NCBI GenBank assembly: GCA_000388065.2
Contig: KB932215.1
Reading direction: 5' to 3' (one strand)
DNA length: 22,060 nucleotides
Source of the DNA: Fonticula alba ATCC 38817
Taxonomy: Eukaryota > Protista > Nucleariida
Position numbers and translations under genes: made by a program. The notes under the pieces were generated by a model, which ran no database searches, was not told the origin of the DNA, and worked only from the letters and a program-made list of their open reading frames with translations. Below are positions 1 through 10,564 of the stretch, in pieces (the first letter of the stretch is position 1; the number at the start of each line of letters is the position of its first letter).

Positions 1-126
1 CCCCCCCCCCCCCCCCCCTATAACCCGAGTCGGGAGGGCACGAAGACGCCCCAAGGCGTCCGAGGCCCCGCCTCCACCGGGCCCCCATCCGGCCCCTCAC
101 GCACACATACACACGCACACACGGAC

Positions 127-208
127 CCTTGGACGAAAGATCTTCAAAGCAAAAGGAGGGGGCCTCGCCCACAAGGAGGGGCACACCCGACGTGCTGGGG
201 GCAATCAT
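127..208 (-). CDS. Candidate first coding exon (MIAPSTSGVPLLVGEAPSFCFEDLSSKG|) of a gene running off the left edge; product unknown
   Basis: ATG at 208-206, an open frame of 27 codons + 1 nt, then a GTCCGT donor followed by a (GT)n-rich intron-like stretch. AT-rich elements lie just upstream (241-280). No recognisable homology. Confidence 0.3.
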
Positions 209-1579
209 TCCCGGACGGGGGCCACCGCGCCGAGCCCCAGATATACGGCTTAACTTCCCCGCTGCGCCGTGCAGTTTAATACCGTCATCACGTGCGCGGC
301 CCGTCGTATCACCAGGACTGCACGTGTGCGGCACGTCCCTGCACGGGTTCGTGTCGGCCGCACCGGCCTGCCCGCCCCCCGCCCCCCCCCCGCGCGCTGC
401 CGTCGCCCCCTCGCCACGACCGACGAGCCCCACGGCCGCATGTCCCCGGGCCCGGGGCGGCCCGCCGACCGAGAGCAGGGGGCCCAGCCAGCGGCGGCAG
501 CCCGCGGAGCATGCCGAGCCCCCTCGGTGCCCTTGTTCCCTGCGGGCCGAGAGGGGGCCCGAAGCGCCTGGACACACGCCCAGACCACCGACAGCAGGGG
601 GCCCCTCCTCCGCCCGCCCGCCTGCCAGGGGTGGAGCAGGGAAACCGCCATGGCGCTGCTCCGGCCTGTGCTTGGTGCGTGTGTATTCCCTCCCGGCAGC
701 CAACAAGAGCAGCTGCCACCGAAGGGGCGGGGGGGGGGGGGCTTACCCGAGCACGGGGCATCTAAAACCCCCTTCCCCCCCGACCGCCCTGCCCTGGCCG
801 AGTGCACTCAAGACGCGCACGACCGCCGGGTGTCATGACTGGGCAGGGAGCGAGTGAAGGGTGCCGGGATATCGCCGGCCACAGCGACGAGTGCGGCCCG
901 GCGCTCGGCCAGCAAGCGCACCGGGTGGCGGGGGGGACGGCGCCATCCGACAAGAGCAGGCCCATTGTGTCGGGCGCCCGGCACCCCGCCCAGCTTCATG
1001 GACCCCGGGGGAGAGGAGGAAGAACACCCGCCGGGAGGGGGGAAACAAGCAGGGTCGAGGGGGAAAAGCCACCACGCGGATCAGCATGCCGGCGCCCTCC
1101 GAGAGGGCCAGGTGCGCGCGTTGCTGCTGGCCCCACGCGTGTCACCTAAAAAACGCCCCGCGGCAAAAGCCCCCCGGCCACGGGGCTGCCCGCCCGTGCC
1201 CCCCTCCATCCACAAGCCCCCGCGCGGCCGAGCCGCCGGACCAGGCCGCCCGGAGTCCCGGGGACGGAACGCCGCCCCCTGGCCATGGAGAGGCGCACAC
1301 GCTCGCTCCCGGCAGCGCCCTCGCCAGCAGCCCCGGCGCCCGGGCGCGCCCTCGAGAAGAACCGACAGCGACGCCGGAAAAGGGGAGCCGAGCAAGCCCA
1401 TGGACCGCACCGGCAGGGGCCACATCGCAAGCACCCGGCGGCCCGCCCATTGCAGGTGCCCATGCGGAGGGCCATCGGCCGTGCCGGAGCGCATGCGCAA
1501 CCCCCACCGACCACCGGCGCCAGGCCCGCACACCGGGGAGCATCCATGGCGCGAGGGCCGGGGTGGCTGGCTGCGCCCA

Positions 1580-4500
1580 TCAAAGTGGCCCGACGCCCGA
1601 ATCGCCAGTCCCCCGGCGCGTCGCCACGGACGGCGCCGAGGGCGCGGCCTCGGCTCCGGCGTCCGTCGATGCCCGGGTCTTGGCCTTCCGGCGGGGGTCC
1701 TTCGCCCGCGGGCCGGCCTGGGACCGTGCGGCGCCCTCGGCCTCTTCCCCGCCCCGGGCCTTCGGCGGAGTCCCGGCCGCGCGCGAGGGTCTCCGGCTCT
1801 TGGAGCCGCCCTCGGTCTTGGGGAAGCCCCCGCCCGTGGGAGCCCCCGGGGATGGGGCAGGGGGCCTGGCCGGCTCGAGGCTGTCCGCGGGAGCCTCGCC
1901 GCCGGCGGAGCCATGCACCCTCGGAAGATCCTGGGCCTTCGGCCGAGCGCCGGCCCGCGAGGAGCCCCTGGCCGCCGTGTCCAGGACACCATCGCCCGCT
2001 GGCCGGGCCTTGGCCTTGGCGCCCTTGCGCTTCGGCGCCTTGGACGCCGGATCGGGGGCCGGGCCGCCGGGGGCCGCCGGGGGCCCAGCCCGCATGGTGC
2101 CGGCCCCGGGCCGGCCCCCGTGCCCGACCGGCCTCAGGTTGTCAAGAGGCCCGGCAACCAGCAGCCCCTGGCTGTGGAAGCGCCGAATGAGCTTGTCCCA
2201 AAGGGGGATCTGCGGCCCGCGCACGGTCCACGCATCAAGGCACATCGGGGGAGGGGGGTCAGTGAAAGGGGCCGATCAGTGCCAAGGAACACCGAGGGGA
2301 AAAAAGCAAGCAAGGAGGAGAGAGACGGAGCAGGCGAGAGAGAGAGACAGAGGGAGAGAGGGAGNNNNNNNNNNNNNNNNNNNNNNNNNNNNNNNNNNNN
2401 NNNNNNNNNNNNNNNNNNNNNNNNNNNNNNNNNNNNNNNNNNNNNNNNNNNNNNNNNNNNNNNNNNNNNNNNNNNNNNNNNNNNNNNNNNNNNNNNNNNN
2501 NNNNNNNNNNNNNNNNNNNNNNNNNNNNNNNNNNNNNNNNNNNNNNNNNNNNNNNNNNNNNNNNNNNNNNNNNNNNNNNNNNNNNNNNNNNNNNNNNNNN
2601 NNNNNNNNNNNNNNNNNNNNNNNNNNNNNNNNNNNNNNNNNNNNGACAGAGCAAGCAAGACAGAGCAAGCAAGACAGAGCAAGCAAGACAAAGCAAGCAA
2701 GACAGAGCAAGCGAGAGAGAGAAAGAGAGACACGCGTACCCGCCGCAGGAGCCCGGTATTGCAAATGACAATCATGCCATACCGCGCACGCGTGATGGCC
2801 ACATTCAGCCGGCGCAGGTCCGTCAGAAAGCCCACGGTCTGCGTGCGCACGGTCGACAGGATGATGTAGTCCCGCTCGGACCCCTGGAAGGAGTCCACAC
2901 TGGCCACATCCACCCGGGCATAGACATCCCTCGGCAGGGTGGTCTGCCTTTCCAGCAGCCGGCGGATGTGCTGGCACTGGCCGTCGTAGGGCGAAATGAC
3001 GCCGATCTCCTCCGGCCGGACGCCCTGGCCCAGCAGCCGGTTCAGCACCTCGAGCACCTTCTGCGCCTCGGAGTAATTCAAGAAGGAGGTCCGAGAGGCG
3101 GAGGACTTTTCCACCCCGGCATCCGAGTAGACCATCATCGGCGAGTCCGGGTCCGGCCAGGGGAAGTCCACCGCCGGCCGGCGCCGCTGGTCTGCCCGAA
3201 CCCCATCCGCCAGGGTCCCCTCGTAGAAGGCCTCCGACGGGAAGGCCGACAGGCAGGGGTGCATGCGGTATTGGACATCCAAGCGCAGGGGCTGGCTCCC
3301 CAGCAGGATCAGCCGCTCGAAGAGTGACCGGCTCAGCCCGGCCGCCACGGCCTCCGGGTTCATGACCACCGGGCCCAGCTGCATGTGGTCGCCCACCAGG
3401 ATGACCATCGACGGCCCGTGCATCAGGGCCACCAGCACCTCCGGGTCCGTGCACTGGGTGGCCTCGTCGACGATCAGCACGTCGAACCGCCGCTCGAAGG
3501 CGGCCGACGAGGAGAGGGTGGCTGCCACGATTCTGGCACGCTGTGTGTGCGGGGGGGGGGGGGGGCAGGGGGTGGGACAGGGGGTGAAACAGCGCGCGGC
3601 AGGGGGTGGATAGGATGCAAGCGCGCGGGAAGGAACACGTCAACACCAAAGCCCGGATGGAGGGCAGGGAGAAAGAGGGGACAGAAGGGCATCTCGTGGG
3701 AAACGCACCCGAAGATAGGTATCCCGCAGGTCCCGCAGGTACTGGGCATCGTCGCGGCCCTGGGCGCCCTTCGGGTTGTAGTGGCCTCGACGCCGTCCGT
3801 CGATGATGCTCCGGGCACGGGGGTCGTCTTTCTTGAGCTGACCACGGCGGTGCGAGGCCGGCACACGCAGCCACAGGCAGGTGAAAGGTGAGCGCCCCTT
3901 CGTCGCCATGGTGCATACACGCGACACGGACACCCGCCCGCCCGGTCCCCCCCCCCCTGCCCCCCCCCCGGCGCGCGCGGGAAAGCAGGGACCCGGACGC
4001 CTCCCGGCCGCCCGGACGTACCCTCTCCAGAAGTGTGAGATGCTTGTGCGGCGAAACCATGAACTCCCGCGCGTCGCTCTCCATCCACAGGACATCCAGC
4101 CCCGAGGCGTGGACACGGCCACACATGTTGGACACGGCCACATTCGACGGGGCGCACAGGAGAATGCTCCGGCCCTGCAGCCACAGGAAGTGCACCAGAT
4201 TGGCGATGGTCGCCGTCTTGCCGGTCCCCGGCGGGCCCTGGATCAGGCTGAACGCCTGCGACACGACCTTCTGCATCACCCGCAGCTGCGACTCATTGGG
4301 CGGGCTGACGCCCGGGGCCTGGAAGTCATCGGCCATGTGCAGCGGCCGGAAGCCGGCCGGCATCTGACGGCCCATGCATTGGCCCAAGACATGGCCCTGG
4401 ATGACCGGGTCGACGAGGGTCCTGTTGGAAAAGCCCTCCAGCGCCCCGAGCACCCGCATGAAGTGGACCGGGTTCTCGCTGAGCTTGACCGAGAGACCGG

Positions 4501-6492
4501 ACTCCCTCAACAGCAGGGGCTCATGCTCGGCGGTGACAAACCGCAGCAGGAGATCCAGCTCCTTGACCGCGCCTTGGCCCCCGGACCACCGGCCCCACGG
4601 GGACACGGGCGTCGGCACCGGCGGCCGACGGAAGAGGAGGACGAGGATGAGTATGAGGCCCAACGGCCAGCAAGAGCCCGAGCACCAGCGGCAGCGGCAG
4701 GGGCGAAAGAAGCAGCAAGCGAAACGGCGGCGAGGAAGCCCCCCCCCCCCCCCCCACCAGAAGTGTCGCCATTCGCCGGGGCCGTACCATGGGTAATACG
4801 GGTCACACAGGCGAAAAGCTCCACCCCTTGAAGGTCCGGATGCGAGATGCACAGGAAGCAGCCGTCCGACAGACGCAAGGCTGCGCCATGACCCGCGCCC
4901 CGCCCGACGAACAGCCAGTCAGACACACGGTCCACCAAGGGACACCCCCCGACCGACAGGAACCAACAGCCAAGCCGGCCACACGCAGCACGCACAACTG
5001 TCCAGCGGAATGTGCAGGAAGCTCCGCCCGTACGGATCCAGCCAACCCTTGGCGTCGTACTCGATGACGGAGTTGGCCATCTCAAGGGCATAGTCGCGCT
5101 CCAGCTTGACAAGCGGCTCGAAGACCCGCCGATAGTGGATCGCCGATGTGAAACTTCGCCCGCCATCCATCGTCAGCATGGCCGGCATGGCACACCGCCC
5201 GGCATCGGCGCCCTCCACTCCTGCCCTCCACCCGAAGCAAGTGGCACACGCACACATCCGGGACCCTGGTGTCCGATGGATCCCTCGGCGCCGGGCCCCG
5301 AGCGCCATATTCCTGATCGACAGCGGGAAAGGCCCCGATCTCCGGCACCTCTGCCAGGCTGGGCGAGCTCGGTCGGTAAGGTGTGCTCGGCGGGTAAGGT
5401 GTGCTCGGCGGGCTGGGCGAGCTCGGTCGGTAAGGGGTGCTCGGCGGGCTGGGCGAGCTCGGTTGCGGACGATTCGCGCCTCGCTGGTGAGAGAGGGAAG
5501 TCCGTCAGCGGCAGCCGCGCACCGGTCGCAGGGCGGGGTGTGTGCGTGTGTGTGCGCGCGGGGCACGCATGAAAGGGCACGCGCGAAAGGGCGCATGCAC
5601 TCGCCGGCGCCCATGCCGGCGGGGGTGTGCACATGCATATGCACGCACCTGCGGCAGGGACCAGGACACCACCAGCTTCGAGAGGACCGGGCCATCGACC
5701 AGCCGCTCCCAGCCAGTGAAAAGCGTAAAACCACACGCCCGGTACAGACACAGTTCGTTGCAGTAGATCCCGTCGCGAGACCAATCGTCGAAGCGATAAA
5801 TCCGCAGAAGGAAGGGGTTCGACTCGTTGCAGGCGCGGCATCGGACGGCCAGGCCGCCGAGGAGGCTCTCCGGGTGCAGACCGATGGCGTCGTGCTGGTT
5901 GCCAGCGGGGGGGGGGCCACCGAGGGGAGGAGACACCGACGCCAGCCCGGGCGTGGGTCAGTTCCAGGCGCACATGGCGGAGGGGGGTCATGGGGTGGGG
6001 GGCGGGGCGCGCGCGCGCGCGCGTGCCCAGTGGCCTCCCTCCCCCCGCCCCGGCTCCTGGGCCCCCGCCGATGGGGCGCCCCAACAAAGGAGGGGGGGGG
6101 GGGGGGGGGTGCAAAACGGCGCCCGGACGCACCTGCGAGTCCAGCAAGTGCCGAATGAGATGGCTCGGCTGGCCGGCCGACAGGCGGATGTTGCAAAACC
6201 ACCGCGAACACCTCTCGCACCTGGCCAAGCAGGCGGGCTGGTCATTCGGGCAAAGGGAGCACACCGGAGGGCGCCCACCGGAGCCGAGGCGCAGGTTGTC
6301 AAAGAAGCTGACCAGCTCCTCGAACCAGGTGTCCTCCGCCGGCCAGTCGGGCACCCGGATCCAGGAGTCATCGTGCATGGGTCGGCCCTCGGGCCTTCGG
6401 CCGGGCTGGCCCGACGAGGAGCCGTCCGAGGTGCCGATCACGACGTCGGTGGCGAACCAACCCGAAGGGTAGGCATGCGGATTCCGGGACAT
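1580..6492 (-). CDS. UPF1: UPF1-like SF1B RNA helicase (regulator of nonsense transcripts 1 family), divergent; 9 exons: 6492-6133, 5894-5649, 5483-5254, 5153-4996, 4880-4788, 4572-4022, 3837-3709, 3540-2740, 2209-1580 (3198 nt, ~1065 aa)
   Basis: CH zinc domain with the expected ligands (CSLC..CERC..WFC..SH..RH..H; CRAC..YC..LC). Stalk YRRVFEPLVKLE, 1B-like LRLSDGCFLCI, NESQ, Walker A GPPGTGKT, CAPSNVAV, DEATQ, GDHMQLGPVV, SLFERL, QYRMHP, SPYDGQ, VDSFQGSE, RRLNVAITRARYG and IPLWDKLI..LVAGPLDNL all follow the UPF1 order. All eight introns are GT..AG and phase-consistent. Exon 5/6 boundary is the least certain, and the last intron contains an N gap. Confidence 0.93.
2645..2712 (+). repeat. 14-bp tandem repeat (GACAGAGCAAGCAA)~5 beside an assembly gap, in UPF1 intron 8, flanked by GA-rich tracts
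   Basis: Read directly: three perfect copies then two degenerate ones. N gap at 2365-2644. Confidence 0.9.
5358..5462 (-). repeat. Coding minisatellite (36-nt unit with partial duplication) in UPF1 exon 3, encoding PSSPSPPSTPYR-type repeats
   Basis: Unit CCGAGCTCGCCCAGCCCGCCGAGCACMCCTTACCGA, about 2.9 copies. Translation: PSSPSPPSTPYR PSSPSPPSTPY PPSTPYR PSSPS. Confidence 0.85.
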
Positions 6493-7006
6493 ACGATGGC
6501 TCCGGCTTCAAACGGCGGGGCGTCGAGAGGCGGGTCCTGCGGGGCACAGGGAAGCGAGAGCAAGGGCGGCAGGGGCAGGAGCGAGGGCAGAAAAGGCGCT
6601 TGCCGTCTCCGAGCACCGGAGGCCGCCCGGGGGCACAAAAGCCCACGAAGATGGCGGCGCCAGGAAGGATGGCCGTGCCCGGCGTGCGGTGGACAAACGC
6701 AAAAAAAAAGAAGCCCTGTGGGACCGCCGGCCCGAGGGCGCCATCGCCTGCGGGCGGCGCACCGCCCCGCCGGGAAGAACGCCACGCCGCCTCGGCCCGG
6801 CAGCCCGGCGCGCTGATCCGGGGCCAGGGGGGGGAGCCCGGCGAAGGATCGCCGATCCCCGCCAGCCGGGGGGGTCCGTTGGGACACCCGAGCGCACCAG
6901 TTGCCATCGGCCCTCCTCGCAAAAGGATGCCCACGTTCATACGCCGGCGGAAAATGTCCCACCAGCATGGTGGGCCACAAATCCCAATTTATTTATTCCC
7001 CCCAAT

Positions 7007-8986
7007 ATGACTGCCCCCCCCCCCCGCCCCGAGGACCATGCAGCCAACCGCCCCGGCCACGGCGGCCTGGCTGCGCTCCGTGATGGGCCCGAGTGCCCCT
7101 TCATTGGCCCGGGCAGCCCCTCTCCTCGATCGGCGGCCCCCCCCCCCCCCCCCCGGGGAGGCTGGTGCACGCCCGCCACCGCCCCGTCTCCCGAGGTGCG
7201 CCGGGCGCCTTTCCCTGCCTGCCCGCGGCACCGCCGGGCCTTGCCCAGCTGCTCGCCGGCCGCCCGGCCCCGAGGTGGCGGCCCTCGCCTTGCGCCGCGC
7301 CCCCGCCCAAATGGGCGCACTGCCGGGGGCGGCGGCCGGCGAGCTCACGGCCCTCGGTGTCCCCCCCGGCCTGTGCGGCAGGCCACGCGAAGGGTGCCCC
7401 GGCCGGGGCTAGCCTGTCCTGAGCCTCGCGCCCTTGCCCGGGGGGGGCGGGGTGCGACCCCCGGCGCCTCCCGGAGCATCGGCCACAGCCCGCCTCCATG
7501 GCAGGGGGGGGGGGGGGGGCGACACATCGCTTCGAGTGTTGGTGGCCCTGTGGTGTTGGCGCAACCACCGTCCCCCCGCCCCTCCCCAGCCCGGGCACCC
7601 GTCGGCTGCGCACGATGCACATCCCGGCCGGTGGCCTGCTCGCCCTGGTGCGGTGGCCTGGCGTGCGTGCCGGCGGGCCGCGGGGCATCGGCCCGCAGTG
7701 GCGACGCCCGCGCGCCCGCCGGCTCGTCATCCCTGGTGCACGCCTTGCACGCTGGGATGCAGCCCGCCCGAGGCGAGTCCCAGGGGGGGGGGGGGGCTGC
7801 CCCGGTGGCCGTGGCCGCCGGAGCATCGGCCGAAAAAGACCACCCCGCCTAGACCGGGCTCCCGGCCGCCGGCGGCACACCCGCACACCTGCCCCATGCG
7901 GCGGTCATCGCGGCCAGTGCTTTGCCGAGTCCGCCCAGGGCAGTCGACCCCGGCATCGAATGCTGCTCACCTCTCTGGGCGCATGGGGCGTTTCGAAGGC
8001 CCACGCGCAGTCGGGTCCTGCTTGTGGCGGACCTGGCCCGGCGGGNNNNNNNNNNNNNNNNNNNNNNNNNNNNNNNNNNNNNNNNNNNNNNNNNNNNNNN
8101 NNNNNNNNNNNNNNNNNNNNNNNNNNNNNNNNNNNNNNNNNNNNNNNNNNNNNNNNNNNNNNNNNNNNNNNNNNNNNNNNNNNNNNNNNNNNNNNNNNNN
8201 NNNNNNNNNNNNNNNNNNNNNNNNNNNNNNNNNNNNNNNNNNNNNNNNNNNNNNNNNNNNNNNNNNNNNNGCCCCCCCCCCTTCGCGCCGCCCGAGGCGA
8301 CTGTCACACCTCCCCAGCCGCGGGCGCAGTGCCCCCCTCTGGGCCCGGATCGGCCCGGTGGAGAGAAGTACACCTGGCTCGCTGGCGCCCGGGCGTGCCC
8401 GGAGCCGCCGCCCGCCCGCCCGCCCGACAATCCTGTGAGCCCACCCGCACAGCGGCCCGGACCCGGACCAGGGCCATCACACCTCGCCCACACGGAGAGC
8501 CGAGGCCCGGGCGGCTGGACCGCCACCTCTGCCCGGCTGCCGCCCGCCTCCCCTGCCAGTGACAAGGCGTCCGCCCCCTCCCTCGCAGGCCATGGGGTGC
8601 CGGGAAGGGCCCCCCCCCCCTCCCCTCCCCGGCCGAGAGACCCCACAAGATCGGTCGCTGGGAGGCGCCAGGGCGCCGCGCCTTTCGAGAGACCGGCCCC
8701 CCGGCCACTCCGCGCGCGGCCGTGCTGGCTCCCCCGCGGTGCGCCTGCCGCTTTTTGTGACACTGCCACAGGTCTCCCGCTTGCCCGCACCAGTGCACCA
8801 AGAGGGCACCCAGAAGGCCAGCAGGGCCAGGCACCGTGCGCGCCCCCCGCGTTTCCATGTTACCGCGGCCACCGTCCCCCCCCCCCCCCCCCCCCCGGGA
8901 GGGCCCCATCCTCTGATACGCGCGCATGCGGCGGAGGGGGGGCAGGGAGAGCGAGAGCTGCTCGCGCGCCCGCCGGGCCAAAATAA
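7007..8986 (+). CDS. Possible spliced Pro/Ala-rich hypothetical gene divergent from UPF1; structure unresolved and spans a gap
   Basis: ATG at 7007, a GAG|GTGCGC donor near 7195 and a TTGCCCAG acceptor near 7249. A long Pro/Ala/Ser-rich frame after the gap ends at TAA 8986 inside an AATAAA. No domain recognised. Confidence 0.2.
8046..8270. other. Assembly gap (other gaps at 2365-2644 and 19796-19930)
   Basis: Runs of N. The two other gaps are flanked by GA-rich repeats. Confidence 1.
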
Positions 8987-8989
8987 AAA
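8980..8989 (-). terminator. Pol III T-tract terminator downstream of tRNA-Arg
   Basis: TTTTTATTTT on the minus strand 6 nt after the discriminator base. Confidence 0.8.
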
Positions 8990-8995
8990 GAGAAG

Positions 8996-9069
8996 TGACC
9001 ACGATGCGGCTCGAACACACAACCTCCTGATCCGTAGTCAGGTGCTCTATCCAATTGAGCTACGCGGCC
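8996..9069 (-). tRNA. tRNA-Arg(ACG), 74 nt, intronless, CCA not encoded
   Basis: GGCCGCG TA GCTC AATTGGATA GAGC A CCTGA CTACGGA TCAGG AGGTT GTGTG TTCGAGC CGCAT CGTGGTC A folds into a full cloverleaf with anticodon ACG and A/B-box-like sequences. Confidence 0.96.
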
Positions 9070-10171
9070 ATTCTGACTGGGGCCCCGCTTGGCCACAAAA
9101 TCCGCCCGGCTGAAGCCCGTGCGCCGCGCCCGGCGGGCCGGCGGGGAGCATCGCGCCTCCCGGCCATGATGCGACCAAGGCCGCCGTGCCCCGCGCCGGC
9201 GGCCGCTCCCGCCACCGCCCGCCCCCGACCGCATCCTCCCCTTTGGTGCCGCCCAGCTCCGCCGCCCGGGGCAGCCACCCCCTGCAAGAGGGCGCCTCGC
9301 CCTCCCGGGTCCCATTGTTGCGGGGGCCAGCCCCTTTTCGACGCCTGTGCCGCATGGCCCGCAGCTGGCGCCCTTCCCGCCCAGATCGCCAGGGCTGCGG
9401 CCGCGCACATGCGCCCATTGTCGCGGCCTCAGGGTGCGCCCGCGCCCATGCGGCGCCCCGCGGCCGACGGCTCCAGCTCGAGGCCCACCAGGAAGAGGCG
9501 CACACGACCGACCTCGGGCCGGCGGCCCGGCCTCGGCAGATCACCCCCCCCCCCTGTACCAGCGTCCCTGGTGCCCCGTGCCCGGCCGATGAGGCCGCCC
9601 GGCGGGGGGTCTGCTCAGCATCAACACCAGCCCGCGGCGCAGGCTGCCCCGACCCCGGAGCCCTGCCGGGCGCCTTCGGCCATGTCTCGGCAGGAGTCCG
9701 CCGCGACCTGCCTCTGCGAGCAGCAGGCGCCGGTCACATCCGATCCCGCCCGGCGCCCGGCACAGCGGATCCCCCCCGGGCGCGAGCGCGTGCGCGCCAA
9801 TGCTCGCATCGGCGACTGGACGATGCCCGCCCCCCCCCCCCCCCCCCCCACGCACGCTGGCACGCGGCCCAGGAGGGGGAAAGAAGTCACTCGCCCGCCG
9901 CCGCCCCGCCCGGCAAACCACCTCACCCCGGAACAGGCAACACATTGGAATACGCATTTGTATTCCAGGAGGGGACCCGTGGCAGCGCGAGGCGCGTGTG
10001 CTCTCCTCCACGCGGGGAAAGCCCACCCCCGGGCGGCACGCCTTCGGTGCCCCGGCCACACCCCGCGCCACAGGCGAGTCCCCCCCTCCTCATCGGACGG
10101 CCGGGGGGCGCGCCAAAAATCCTGGCGCACACGCCCCCGGCCACTGGCCGGCTGGGTCGGGCCCATGGCCG

Positions 10172-10525
10172 TCAGCCACCGGGGGCCGGGTTCTCCTGGT
10201 CGGCGGCCGAGGCCTGGAAGAGCTCCGGCGTGGGCTTGTCATCGATCGAGTCCAGGCGCTCGGACTGGCCGGCCCGGCGGTCCTGCTTCTGCTGGTCCGC
10301 CTCGATGTCGTGCAGGCCCTGGGCCTGGGCCTCGTGCGGCGCATCGGCATTCGACTGGGAGAGGTTGCGCGCCGGCTGCTGCGCCGCCTGGGCATGGACG
10401 TCGCCCTCGGCGCCCACCGACTCCAGGCGGTCCGGCCGCTCGCCGGTGGGCTCCTGCCGCTGCTGGCGCTGGTGCTGCAGGTTCTGCTGCTGCTGCTGGG
10501 ACGGCTGCTCGGGGTTCTTGTTCAT
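10172..10525 (-). CDS. 117-aa Gln-rich, hydrophilic, probably disordered protein (hydrophilin/LEA-like composition), function unknown
   Basis: Clean ORF with strong GC3 codon bias, start context CATCATGA, no Cys/Trp/Tyr and about 20% Gln. An upstream TATA box and 5'-UTR intron support expression. Confidence 0.8.
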   Translation of the reverse strand: MNKNPEQPSQQQQQNLQHQRQQRQEPTGERPDRLESVGAEGDVHAQAAQQPARNLSQSNADAPHEAQAQGLHDIEADQQKQDRRAGQSERLDSIDDKPTPELFQASAADQENPAPGG

Positions 10526-10564
10526 GATGGACTTGCGGGGGGGGGGGGGGGGGGGGGGGATATA

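Noticed and set aside
1-18. Poly-C at both window ends as telomeric sequence
   Set aside because: These are plain homopolymers like many internal G/C runs, and genes continue across both edges.
271-292. CAGTTTAATA resembling U2 snRNA stem IIa
   Set aside because: No U2 5' end, branch-point recognition sequence (GTGTAGTA) or Sm site around it.
854-2869. Long plus-strand ORF (671 aa), and similarly 9055-10527, 10789-12489, 11657-13168, 14048-16024, 14529-16673
   Set aside because: Arg/Pro/Gly/Ala-rich translations are expected from stop-poor high-GC DNA. Several are antisense to, or out of frame with, real genes and have no domain signal.
4739-4755. UPF1 as a frameshifted pseudogene at the G17 run
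   Set aside because: A GT..AG intron (4787-4573) restores the frame and the expected domain 1B spacing, and all catalytic motifs are intact.
5358-5462. CRISPR-like repeat array (also 2645-2712 and 21265-21340)
   Set aside because: Head-to-tail tandem repeats with no unique spacers, in a eukaryotic intron/exon context, and no cas genes.
6648-6660. AAGATGGCGGCG YY1-like motif upstream of UPF1
   Set aside because: A short GC-rich motif likely by chance, with no evidence for a YY1 orthologue in this organism.
9186-10166. Possible gene between the tRNA and the 117-aa gene
   Set aside because: Frames on both strands are open but lack codon bias, consistent splice signals or recognisable motifs, so I cannot support a call.
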